Part shown: positions 1 through 8,610 of the stretch, piece after piece
Numbering within the stretch: the stretch's first letter is position 1
Layout: each line of letters starts with the position of its first letter
Origin: Acidimicrobiaceae bacterium
GTDB taxonomy: Bacteria; Actinomycetota; Acidimicrobiia; Acidimicrobiales; Aldehydirespiratoraceae
Direction of reading: 5' to 3'
Length of the DNA: 64,000 nucleotides
Assembly (NCBI GenBank): GCA_028820455.1
Contig: JAPPJC010000081.1
Coordinates: forward strand, 14,807 to 78,806
The notes under the pieces: model-generated
Told to the model about the DNA's origin: nothing
What the model saw: only the letters and a program-made list of their open reading frames with translations
Database searches by the model: none
Position numbers and translations under genes: made by a program

Positions 1-900
1 TTCTTCTACCGCATCCAACGGCCCTGCCACTGCAGCTAGTGCGGCCATTTGAGCCACGTTACAAACATTGCTGGTGGAATGTGATTGTAGATTGGTTGCG
101 ATGGTGATAACTGTAGACGGGCCTATCATCCACCCCACTCTCCAACCTGTCATCGCATACGTTTTGGCAACTCCGTTCAAGATCAAACATTTGTCGCGAA
201 TTTCAGGCACTAGCACTGGCATGGAGTGATGTTCAACTTCGTCGTATGTGAGATGCTCATAGATTTCATCGGTTACTATCCAGATGTTACGTTCGACTGC
301 CCATTTGCCTATTGCTTCAATCTCAGATCGTGGGTAAACAGCCCCGGTTGGGTTGGATGGTGACACGAATACCAGTGCTTTAGTGCGGGAGGTGTAAGCA
401 GCCTCTAGTTGCTCCACTGTAACACGGAAACCTGATGCAGTGGTAGTCGTAATGGGTATTGCAGAACCGCCGAACAGGCTGATGGGTTCGGGGTATGTGG
501 TCCAGTAAGGAGCGGGCAGTAATACTTCATCGCCTGGATTGATTAGAGCTGCAAAAGCATTATAGACAGCCTGCTTACCCCCGTTTGTGATCAGCACTTG
601 TTCCGGATGAATCTCTAATCCGGTGTCTCGCATTGTCTTGGCTGCAACAGCTTCACGTAGTGCCGGTAGCCCTTTTGGTGGTGAGTACTTGTGATATTTA
701 GGATTCTTACAAGCGGTTACAGCTGCTTCTACAATGTGACTTGGTGTAGGAAAGTCAGGCTCCCCGACACCGAATCCGACCACTTTTATGCCCGCGGCTT
801 TCAGTTCGTTTGCCCTCATTGAAATTGCTAGCGTAGCTGAAGGGGTGATTGCACTTGCTAGACGTGAAACTCGTTCTATAGGCATAGCTTCTACAAGCAT
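1..900 (-). CDS. Class I pyridoxal-phosphate aminotransferase (aspartate aminotransferase-like); C-terminal end lies beyond the window start
   Basis: Absent from the ORF track because there is no stop codon in the window. My translation of the minus strand from the ATG at 900-898 gives [40 protein letters not shown]. The same frame later gives [17 protein letters not shown] (about 340-390) and [16 protein letters not shown] (about 125-175). These are canonical class I aminotransferase motifs and include the PLP lysine. Confidence 0.85.
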   Translation of the reverse strand, partial: MLVEAMPIERVSRLASAITPSATLAISMRANELKAAGIKVVGFGVGEPDFPTPSHIVEAAVTACKNPKYHKYSPPKGLPALREAVAAKTMRDTGLEIHPEQVLITNGGKQAVYNAFAALINPGDEVLLPAPYWTTYPEPISLFGGSAIPITTTTASGFRVTVEQLEAAYTSRTKALVFVSPSNPTGAVYPRSEIEAIGKWAVERNIWIVTDEIYEHLTYDEVEHHSMPVLVPEIRDKCLILNGVAKTYAMTGWRVGWMIGPSTVITIATNLQSHSTSNVCNVAQMAALAAVAGPLDAVEE

Positions 901-953
901 AGATGTGATTGTACTGGAATAGTTTGGATAGCTGCGAATCAATCACCTAAATA

Positions 954-996
954 TTAACAGGAACCTTATTGCATTGTTAACAGGAACCTATTGCAT
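954..996. promoter_or_regulatory. Tandem direct repeat TTAACAGGAACC(T)TATTGCAT x2 in the divergent aminotransferase/serC promoter region; candidate operator
   Basis: Positions 954-974 and 977-996 are near-identical, differing by one T indel. The first copy plus the linker also forms TTAACA-N15-TGTTAA dyad symmetry. The site lies between two divergently oriented starts (900 and about 1067). Confidence 0.3.
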
Positions 997-1066
997 CGAT
1001 TTGGAATATTATTTGTTGGTCGTTACAGTGTTGTTGGTTGTTTTGATACTTAGGCTTATTTATTCT

Positions 1067-2236
1067 ATGGTTTTGAAATCTGTTCTTTCCCCACAATCTA
1101 TTTCTACGGCCTCCTGTCTCGACATAGTCATACCAGACGCCATGACCCCCAAGGACGGCCGCTTTGGTAGTGGACCCTCTAAATTCCGGATTGAAGCTGT
1201 GCAAGCTCTTGTTGAAAGATCTGATGGTTACCTTGGCACTAGTCACCGTTATGACACGGTCCGTGATGTGGTTCGTGAACTTCGTTCTGGCTTCAAGGAA
1301 CTGTTTGATTTACCCGAAGGCTACGAAGTAGCTCTCGGCAACGGCGGATCAACAGCCTTTTGGGATGCTGCAAGTTTCCAACTGATAAGTAAAAAAAGCC
1401 ATCATCTATCTTTTGGCGAGTTTAGTGCGAAATTTGCTGTAGTGACTACCGCAGCTCCTCATCTTGACAATCCATCGATTGCCAGAGCAGAACCTGGAAC
1501 AGTTCTACCTTTGACAGTACCTGACGGAGTAGATGCGTGCTGTTATCCACATAACGAAACGTCAACCGGTGTCAGTATCCAACCACAGCGTGTATCAGGA
1601 TTTGAGCAAACTCTCATGCTCGTAGACGCCACATCTGCTGCTGGAGCTTTGCGCTTGGATCCTGAGACTGTGGATGCATACTATTTTTCACCGCAGAAAG
1701 CTCTGTCAAGTGATGGTGGTTTGTGGATTGCATTACTGTCTCCTGCAGCGATTGAACGAATAGAAGATATTGCAGCTTCGGGACGTTGGGTCCCTGCTTT
1801 TCTGAATCTCAAGACGGCGTTGGATAATTCCCGCAGGAATCAGACCTACAACACTCCGTCATTAGCCACCTTATTCTGCACCGCTTATCAATTGAACTGG
1901 TTAAATCGTAGCGGCGGCTTGGAGTGGGCCGCTAAACGTTGTGAACGTTCGTCCCAAATACTGTATGACTGGATTGAGGCATCGGATCTGGCATCAGCTT
2001 TTGTAGCTGATCCTTTGATGCGCAGTCGGGTGACGGTCACCATTGATTTCGATGACCGAGTAGATGCTGGGGTTTTATGTGATGTGCTGAGATCTAATGG
2101 TATAGTCGACATCAACAGCTACCGTAAGCTAGAACGCAATCAGATACGTGTCGGCACTTTCCCAGCTGTTGAACCTGATGATGTGGCTGCGCTCACTGTT
2201 TGCATAGACTACGCCCTAGAACGTCTCGTTGTTTAG
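1067..2236 (+). CDS. serC: Phosphoserine aminotransferase, actinobacterial type
   Basis: ORF 974..2236. The motifs DGRFGSGPSKFR, GNGGSTAFWDAA, HNETSTGV, YYFSPQKALSSDGGLW, NQTYNTPS and FPAVEPDD are colinear with Mycobacterium-type SerC as I recall it. The start is uncertain (ATG 1067 or ATG 1142). The first ~30 codons of the 974 ORF look like read-through of promoter DNA. Confidence 0.9.
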   Translation: MVLKSVLSPQSISTASCLDIVIPDAMTPKDGRFGSGPSKFRIEAVQALVERSDGYLGTSHRYDTVRDVVRELRSGFKELFDLPEGYEVALGNGGSTAFWDAASFQLISKKSHHLSFGEFSAKFAVVTTAAPHLDNPSIARAEPGTVLPLTVPDGVDACCYPHNETSTGVSIQPQRVSGFEQTLMLVDATSAAGALRLDPETVDAYYFSPQKALSSDGGLWIALLSPAAIERIEDIAASGRWVPAFLNLKTALDNSRRNQTYNTPSLATLFCTAYQLNWLNRSGGLEWAAKRCERSSQILYDWIEASDLASAFVADPLMRSRVTVTIDFDDRVDAGVLCDVLRSNGIVDINSYRKLERNQIRVGTFPAVEPDDVAALTVCIDYALERLVV

Positions 2237-2384
2237 TCTAAGCTTTAGGTTCAGCCCTAGTCCCAGTCTAGATTATTTTTATTTTGCGCAACTCTTTTGG
2301 TGTTCGTGCTTTTTCTGTCCTGCTACTGTTGTTGCGCGTGCTTAGCTTGAGAAGAAGTTGAAGACTTCTAGAAAATTAGCGTCA

Positions 2385-3734
2385 TCATTGCTGGGAGATT
2401 GTGTAAGCAATTCGCGCATCGTTCAAAAGTTTCCATCCTTCATTTCCGGGTATGTGCCGGATTTGTGCTATTGGATGTGGCCCTCTACGATTCGTGAGTA
2501 ATACCCAAGTTTTACCAGGTGTTAGAGAAAGTTGCGTATCTTCATTATCTGTAAGGTGGAATCCGATCCGATCTTCTGTGCGTTTCCAAAATGCTTGGAT
2601 GATTTCACCTTGAGTGAGCAGCCAAGCTTCGCCTTCACCGTAGGTGATAGCGTGCGGTGATCCTCTATCGGCTTCAGAGGTTTTATAATCTATACTCAAG
2701 ACCAACACATTGGTGGGTGCTATTTCGGCCATACCATAGTCTGTCTCTACCACGTGCAGAGTACCGTCCTGGATGCGTACCCAGCCTTGCACTGTCTCAT
2801 CCCATATATGCATGACATCGACACCCGCGGGTTGCCTGTATGTGATCCTTAGACCAACGGTGTTGTCGCCTGAATCGGTGTCGGACATTTCAGTTGAGAA
2901 GGGTGTTTTGTTTAAGTCGAGGTTTGAACTGTATTTGAAAATTGAGGGAAGAGCTTCAGTGAGCGCGTTGTCAAAAATCTGGGGTTCGAAATCTATATCC
3001 ATATTTTCGTTATCCTCCTCAGGAGGAGAATACGCAAAAACCAGATTGTACGGAGAGCGTCGAGATTTGTCACGTATGTAGTATGCTTTTGAACTGCTAG
3101 CACTACCGTCGATCATAATTTGCTTCCTAGCAGCAGATTTCATTTCGTTAAGTACTTTGCTGTTGCCTCCGGATGACACGAAATAAGGATTGCCTAGGTC
3201 ACGGATTAAATCAAAATCGCTGCTTCTGGCTGATCGAACAGGGCTTATACGTTTAGGGATTTCAGTATGATAAACAGCCAAAAACCTTGTCCTGATTCCT
3301 TCTATGAGAAGTTCAAACACGATATCAGCCGAATTGAGACCAACTTGAGGCCGAGATGATGAGTTGTTGTTACCGATTTTGACTACTACCGCTCGCCGAA
3401 GCTCGTTGTTTTGACCAGATATTTGAAGTTGTGTAAAAGGGGCCGTATAACTATAGTTGACGGTCTCCGTGTTTGAGATGTCGACAGTAGAGTCATTTTG
3501 AGTATTGTGTGTTTCACTTTCAAGCTCGCTGACGATGTTTTCAGTATTCTTCTCAATTTGAGAAGAAGGTGAAGGCGAAAGTGGCTCTTCATCTCCTCTA
3601 CTGTCAGAGTGATCTGGCGTGTCGGGTGATTCCTCGCAAGTTGTAGCCATTAGCGTAATGGCCGCTAAAGTCATTATCATTCGTACGAACTGCAAGACTG
3701 CTAGTGGCCTCATAGCACGACCGTATAGGATCAC
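2385..3734 (-). CDS. DUF3048-family secreted lipoprotein
   Basis: ORF of 449 aa. The N-terminus has a signal/lipobox-like LMATTC. The core RPQVGLNSADIVFELLIEGIRTRFLAVYH is the characteristic DUF3048 motif. The start may instead be the internal ATG at 3713. Confidence 0.8.
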   Translation of the reverse strand: MILYGRAMRPLAVLQFVRMIMTLAAITLMATTCEESPDTPDHSDSRGDEEPLSPSPSSQIEKNTENIVSELESETHNTQNDSTVDISNTETVNYSYTAPFTQLQISGQNNELRRAVVVKIGNNNSSSRPQVGLNSADIVFELLIEGIRTRFLAVYHTEIPKRISPVRSARSSDFDLIRDLGNPYFVSSGGNSKVLNEMKSAARKQIMIDGSASSSKAYYIRDKSRRSPYNLVFAYSPPEEDNENMDIDFEPQIFDNALTEALPSIFKYSSNLDLNKTPFSTEMSDTDSGDNTVGLRITYRQPAGVDVMHIWDETVQGWVRIQDGTLHVVETDYGMAEIAPTNVLVLSIDYKTSEADRGSPHAITYGEGEAWLLTQGEIIQAFWKRTEDRIGFHLTDNEDTQLSLTPGKTWVLLTNRRGPHPIAQIRHIPGNEGWKLLNDARIAYTISQQ

Positions 3735-3764
3735 AGTAATGAAATGCTACTGGTTTTGGCTGAA

Positions 3765-4565
3765 TTAAAGTTCTTGCAATGCGTTGATGCGGATATGCAA
3801 GTGAGGCTGCAGTTTATCGGTGAGCAAAGAATTCTGAGGTGCTACCAGCCACAAATGAACAAATGCTGACGGTGATTCCACTTCAGGGGCTTCCCATATT
3901 CTCTTGAATGCTGAAATAAGTGCAGGCGGATAACGAGTTGTTTGTACCGTTAAACGATCGTGTCCAAGTATGATCTCATGATTGTGAATAGGTAGAAGCA
4001 TGTTCTCAACAAAGATCCGACTACTGTTGAGTAGTTTAGCCACACTAGCTAATAAAGTGGGAATTTCCAATCTACTTTGCAGTTTAAGCAGTTGCCACGA
4101 AACGATTGCTTCTAATTCCAGCCTGTCCAGCTTGTCGAGAGCTCCCCGCGTGAGCACCAAGTGAGCTTTTAGGTGATCCTTTCCCAAAGCGGCAATATTC
4201 ACAGCTTCTGTTTCTACCACGTATAATGCAGGCATGGGTAGTCCGTAGATGGTGCATAAGCTTGCCACCACACTATTGAGCCTTTTTTCTGAGATTTCCT
4301 GTGGATCTGACGAAACCGGTTGGACATTTAAAGCATCCAAAATTATATTTGGTGATTTTTGCCATAACCATATGCATGTGTAGGTGGTTAGAACAGCAGT
4401 CGGTATTATTGCAGTCAGCGGGTGGAACTCAAAAACCAATATAGCAACCACGCCAAACAATAAACCTATTGCAAGTGCAGGCAGAGCAACGATAAAGACA
4501 GGTTTTACAACCAGATAGATTTGTTTGAATCGACCGACTTTGGCCACTTCTTTTCGGTATTCCAT
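3765..4565 (-). CDS. M48/HtpX-like membrane protein lacking the HExxH zinc motif (probable pseudo-protease)
   Basis: ORF of 266 aa with two N-terminal TM helices. LELEAIVSWQLLKL sits where M48 peptidases have ELEAVLAHELxH. The later EIILGHDR...PPALISAFKRI resembles the ExxAD...L.sAL.KI region of that family. Confidence 0.6.
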   Translation of the reverse strand: MEYRKEVAKVGRFKQIYLVVKPVFIVALPALAIGLLFGVVAILVFEFHPLTAIIPTAVLTTYTCIWLWQKSPNIILDALNVQPVSSDPQEISEKRLNSVVASLCTIYGLPMPALYVVETEAVNIAALGKDHLKAHLVLTRGALDKLDRLELEAIVSWQLLKLQSRLEIPTLLASVAKLLNSSRIFVENMLLPIHNHEIILGHDRLTVQTTRYPPALISAFKRIWEAPEVESPSAFVHLWLVAPQNSLLTDKLQPHLHIRINALQEL

Positions 4566-4693
4566 TGAGGTTATTTACGTTTGACAACTGCTGGTGTTGC
4601 TGTTTTCGGGGTAGATGTACTTAGTCGAAATCTTTGCATTGATCAATATAGCGGAGCATTGCTCACTGTTTGGCTTAACAGTACATAAATGAT

Positions 4694-5257
4694 ATGAGCG
4701 ACCATATAGTGGCAGATATGATAGTAGCAGATATGACTACAACTTCAACCAACGACATTAACTCTCCTGCAGAGATAAGTGATACTTTACCCGCGGATCT
4801 TGACACAAGTACTGTTGTGGAGTCTTATGTATGCCCAAACAACAGTCGTCGGCGTATTCCAGGTGTGCTGTATCTTTTGATTGGTGCTGGCTCTATTTCA
4901 ATAGGTTTTGTGTTTAGCAACAGCAGCATTTTAATCAATGAAGGATTCTTAGTGGGTGGCTTGACTATTATCTTATTCGGGTTGTATCACCTGCAAGCGG
5001 GTTGGCACCTTGTGGCATGTGAGACTGATGCATTGACAGAAGCTGTTCGTTCAGTTGGTTTTCCGGTTGGGCATGCCTCTGCGCAGCTTTCGTGGCGTGG
5101 CCTTAGAAGTCGTCCAACATGGCGCATTATGCTCTATTCCAGTGAACCTGCTCAGGAATTTCCGACAAGAAGAGGACTGGTTTTAGTTGATGGAGTGACA
5201 GGTGACACAGTTGAATGTTTTGTAGAAGAGAATCCTGAAGATTGGAGTATTTTCTAA
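4694..5257 (+). CDS. Hypothetical membrane protein (2 predicted TM helices)
   Basis: ORF of 187 aa. Hydrophobic stretches are IPGVLYLLIGAGSISIGFVF and FLVGGLTIILFGLYHL. The N-terminus carries a 15-bp tandem repeat (IVADM x2). No family recognised. Confidence 0.6.
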   Translation: MSDHIVADMIVADMTTTSTNDINSPAEISDTLPADLDTSTVVESYVCPNNSRRRIPGVLYLLIGAGSISIGFVFSNSSILINEGFLVGGLTIILFGLYHLQAGWHLVACETDALTEAVRSVGFPVGHASAQLSWRGLRSRPTWRIMLYSSEPAQEFPTRRGLVLVDGVTGDTVECFVEENPEDWSIF

Positions 5258-5291
5258 AGACGCAGTGCACAAGACATAGCGCACATCGAGT

Positions 5292-5347
5292 ATTTCGATA
5301 GGCCAGCGGTGCGAAAGAATTTTCGCTTGCACTTGACCTATCGAAAT
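5292..5347. terminator. Long nested hairpin between convergent genes (candidate bidirectional terminator or structured RNA)
   Basis: ATTTCGATAGG (5292-5302) pairs perfectly with CCTATCGAAAT (5337-5347). An inner GCGAAA-gaat-TTTCGC hairpin is present. There is no clear U-tract on either strand. Confidence 0.3.
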
Positions 5348-5459
5348 GTCAGGTTCATCGGTATTGTCTTGAAGTCGGAAATCGAAATCAAATCATTGAT
5401 CTCGATGAGTTTCCTTAACAAGTCGATGAGACGCTTTGGCTAGGTGAAGCAGTGTCCTT

Positions 5460-6137
5460 TCAGCTTTCGTCAACGTTGTGAACTGAATACTCCATCTCAG
5501 TTACCAGGCAAGCTGTACTAGCTAGGTTGGCAACTTCCTGACATATGGTATCACACTTATTACTGCTACTCATGATTGTCGTCGTTACTTTCAGGCCTTC
5601 GTCGTAGATCAAGCTCACTGCTATCACATTGTCGTCATGTGCAGGCTCGCTATTCGAATCAGATGATGAGGTAGCGTTTAAGCCATATTCCAAGGGGTAT
5701 TTTGTTTTCATTGTCGACAAAATAGCATCTACAACATCGGCAGGCAAAAGTGTGACAAACGCATATGAGGTTGCCTCATCATTAATTATGCGGTATACGC
5801 CTCCACCTAGATGATGCACACCCGGCATAGCCATAGTCAATGAAATACTTGGAACAGAACTTTGCCCGTTTTCTTTGCTGTTCGAGTCATTGTCATTATT
5901 GCTATTGTCGGGTAAATAGCCTTTTGACAATGACATTAATGACTTCATGGTTCCGCCTGTTGTTACGATCAGGTCTCGAAATTCAGCTGGATGAAGAATG
6001 CACTGCGGATCGGTAAGAGGTCCGATTGAACACTTCAAGCCTTCACCATTTGACAGGTCGAGTCGAGCACCTGGTAGGTGGAAAGCTAAGGCAGCAGCTA
6101 TTTGAAGTTGTCCGGATGATATAAATGAGTACGCCAC
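5460..6137 (-). CDS. Hypothetical protein
   Basis: ORF of 225 aa with Ser/Asn/Asp-rich low-complexity inserts. No family recognised. It is followed upstream by a 330-bp AT-rich non-coding region. Confidence 0.55.
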   Translation of the reverse strand: MAYSFISSGQLQIAAALAFHLPGARLDLSNGEGLKCSIGPLTDPQCILHPAEFRDLIVTTGGTMKSLMSLSKGYLPDNSNNDNDSNSKENGQSSVPSISLTMAMPGVHHLGGGVYRIINDEATSYAFVTLLPADVVDAILSTMKTKYPLEYGLNATSSSDSNSEPAHDDNVIAVSLIYDEGLKVTTTIMSSSNKCDTICQEVANLASTACLVTEMEYSVHNVDES

Positions 6138-6470
6138 AGTAGTTTCCTTTCGTATCTATTTGCCTCCATAAGTTGCAGGAGTAGTGGAATCAGAGTGATA
6201 CTCAATAGGCCAGCAACTGGAATCAAGCCACGTGACTTCCACTCATCTTAAACACAACTTACAGAATTTACAACTAAGTTTACTTAAAGTAAATGAGAAT
6301 ATCTGTTATGACTTGTAAAGCAATTTTAGTTAACTTTTAGAGCAAGACAGATAAATCTTCACTAAAGCATTCAATCGGATGAACATGGTTTAGTAAGCCA
6401 AGTACTGGTCATCTAAATTGTCTGCCAATAGTGTCCTCACCAAGCTACGCACGCGTGGCTTAACGGCTTT

Positions 6471-7187
6471 TCAGCTATAGTAAGGACTAGTACCAGCAGT
6501 GTGGTCAGTGGCGTCGATCACATTTGTCACTTCTGGTATGGCTTCTAGTATCAGCTGCTTGATTCCTTCAGACAATGTCAATTGGCTCAACGAGCAGCCT
6601 TGACATCCACCACCCATTGTTATTACAACTGAACTGTTATCGCGGATTTCCACTAGTTGAGCAAATCCGCCATGAGAAGCCAACATTGGATTAATACGCT
6701 GTTCAAGTATTTGCTTTACTTTGCTGCTGATATCTCCGGTTAAATTCAATTGCTCCATCTCGCCTGGTAAGTTAGGACGATTGGGGTTGCGGATCACTAA
6801 GCCACCAGTTTGGAGATTGGAGAGATCCAGGGTAGCACCTTGAAGTTTTTGAATACTTTCGGCAGGAATGATAACTGTCAATCCATCCAAATGATCGATA
6901 TAGTCATCTTCGGCAATATCAGCTATTGTCGCCAGGCAAAGGTCATAGGAATAGTCGAGGCCAGCAGATCCGGTCACTTCTATTCGCAAGCCAAGAGTGT
7001 CAGCATCCTCCTCTTGATCCCGAATGCCGATAATCGTAGACCTAGCTGCTTCAGTTACGGTCAACAGCTGGCGAGTCTCGTCATGGCTTTTATTTTCTAA
7101 GTTTCTAGGATCGTTGGAATGCATTTGCCATGAATTTCTAGAGTTGCCGGTTTCGTCATTTTCTTTGGAGAAGTTAGAAGTGGTCAA
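6471..7187 (-). CDS. NifU/Nfu-type Fe-S cluster assembly protein (A-type-carrier-like domain + Nfu C-terminal domain, NfuA-like architecture)
   Basis: ORF of 238 aa. The C-terminal part, HGGFAQLVEI...ITMGGGCQGCSLSQLTLSEGIK, is the Nfu CxxC domain. The central LTVTEAARSTI...GLRIEVTGSAGLDYSYDL is HesB/IscA-like. Confidence 0.8.
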   Translation of the reverse strand: MTTSNFSKENDETGNSRNSWQMHSNDPRNLENKSHDETRQLLTVTEAARSTIIGIRDQEEDADTLGLRIEVTGSAGLDYSYDLCLATIADIAEDDYIDHLDGLTVIIPAESIQKLQGATLDLSNLQTGGLVIRNPNRPNLPGEMEQLNLTGDISSKVKQILEQRINPMLASHGGFAQLVEIRDNSSVVITMGGGCQGCSLSQLTLSEGIKQLILEAIPEVTNVIDATDHTAGTSPYYS

Positions 7188-7305
7188 ATCATTTTTTGGC
7201 CAACAAAAGGATTAGGGACACGAGAATTATCAAGTGACGTGGTAAAGATGTCTTTTGAGGTCATCTCTCTAGGATAATGGCATGAAATGATTTATCACAA
7301 GATGC

Positions 7306-7482
7306 GGACAAACATTATGTGCCCGAGTTTTGTCGGTAATTCCGGTCGATGGTCGAGGGAATCCGCAACGGTCAGGTGGACAAACATTATGTGCCCGAGT
7401 TTTGTCGGTAATTCCGGTCGATGGTCGAGGGAATCCGCAACGGTCAGGTGGACAAACATTATGTGCCCGAGTTTTGTCGGTA
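7306..7482. repeat. Perfect 72-bp tandem repeat, 2.46 copies (X33-Y39-X33-Y39-X33)
   Basis: GGACAAACATTATGTGCCCGAGTTTTGTCGGTA starts at 7306, 7378 and 7450. The full 72-bp unit is repeated without any mismatch. It lies between the nfu start (7187, minus) and tRNA-Arg (7644, plus). All reading frames stay open because 72 is a multiple of 3. Confidence 0.95.
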
Positions 7483-7643
7483 GGACTTTGTTTCTGGTGG
7501 ATACCATCCCGAGTTGTGTTTTCTGAATCAAGTAGGTGTTTTCTTCTAAAGTCGCATAGTTCTCGGTTGGTCTATTTTGCTGAGGTAAACATGGCTTGGG
7601 AATGGGCTATGATTATTGTGACTATAGGTTACTTAATGTGCTT

Positions 7644-7718
7644 GCCCTCGTAGCTCAGTGGATAGAGCATCGGTCTCCTAAACCGTGTGCGCAGGTTCGA
7701 CTCCTGCCGGGGGCACCA
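7644..7718 (+). tRNA. tRNA-Arg (anticodon CCT), CCA encoded
   Basis: Cloverleaf folded by hand. Acceptor GCCCTCG/CGGGGGC, D arm GCTC..GAGC, anticodon stem TCGGT/ACCGT(G) with loop CTCCTAA, T arm GCAGG-TTCGACT-CCTGC, then ACCA. Confidence 0.9.
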
Positions 7719-7790
7719 TACCATTAGGTGACAGACAAGTAAGACAACAAATGTTCAACATGAAAATATAAGAAAAGATAAGGAGTGATC

Positions 7791-8327
7791 ATGAAAATTC
7801 TTTTTCGAGGGGCAGGCCTTTATCTTGTCCTAGTGGCTGTAGCAGTGACAGTGCAGTTTTTTGCTTTTCCATTCTATGCATATGATGCCGCAGACAAACT
7901 AATAGAAGATGGATCGGCTATGACGGTATGGCTAGTGCTTGACTGGTTTATGGCAGTTGGCCTTGTTATCGTAGTTATAACCGCTTTAGCAGGTAAGAAG
8001 TTCATTGATATAGAATCTCGCCTCAATGAAAAGCACAAGAGTGGGTCTGCTGAAGCTGGTTGTTGCAATACTGCTGACAGTGCTGGTTGTTGTGATAGTG
8101 GTGATAGTTGTGGCGACCCAAAGAAGTGGATAGAAGCAAATGTGATGTTCTACGGTAGTGTGATATTAACGATTGCTTTTGTTCCCAACTGGTTTGAGGT
8201 GGTATGGGGAGCCAGCCCCAACTGGACGATCTGGCATATTATCGATTCTGTACTACCAGTCATATTCGTAGTTCAGGCTCTTCGCATCTGGCGGGCAGTA
8301 AGCCAGAAAGAGGGCATGGACAGTTGA
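7791..8327 (+). CDS. Hypothetical 4-TM membrane protein with a cysteine-rich loop (GCC..GCC..C)
   Basis: ORF 7785..8327. The ATG at 7791 is preceded by AAGGAG at 7780-7785. The loop AEAGCCNTADSAGCCDSGDSCGD lies between TM2 and TM3 and is encoded by an imperfect 27-bp repeat. Confidence 0.7.
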   Translation: MKILFRGAGLYLVLVAVAVTVQFFAFPFYAYDAADKLIEDGSAMTVWLVLDWFMAVGLVIVVITALAGKKFIDIESRLNEKHKSGSAEAGCCNTADSAGCCDSGDSCGDPKKWIEANVMFYGSVILTIAFVPNWFEVVWGASPNWTIWHIIDSVLPVIFVVQALRIWRAVSQKEGMDS

Positions 8328-8610
8328 AATCTTGTCGAAAACAAGTTTCGATTCAGACAAATCAGCGACAAATCAGCATTGCCAGGAAACTAGAAGTTGC
8401 TGGTTTTAGGCTAACACTTTACCATGCCGGGCTGGCTTGCTGATGTCTTGTCATTTTGGACTCATTTCTCCGACCCCAACAGTATGGAACTGCTATATCA
8501 GGCCTGGCTTGCTTTTCAGCTAGTTTTCACTTTGCTTGCCGCCTTGCTTGTTTAGCTTGAATAACCCTACTGCCCTATTGTGAGTCCTGCTTACACAGCA
8601 CGAGAAATAC

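Noticed and set aside
6138-6470. A 330-bp AT-rich spacer with a TTTACTTAAAGTAAA palindrome as a possible origin-like or mobile-element end
   Set aside because: There are no DnaA-box clusters, terminal inverted repeats or flanking duplications. It is most simply a promoter/terminator region between two minus-strand genes.
7287-7653. ORFs of 79, 78 and 107 aa running through the 72-bp tandem repeat, as repeat-containing proteins
   Set aside because: The frames are open only because the period is a multiple of 3. Overlapping ORFs occur on both strands, no ribosome-binding site is present and the sequences are not protein-like.
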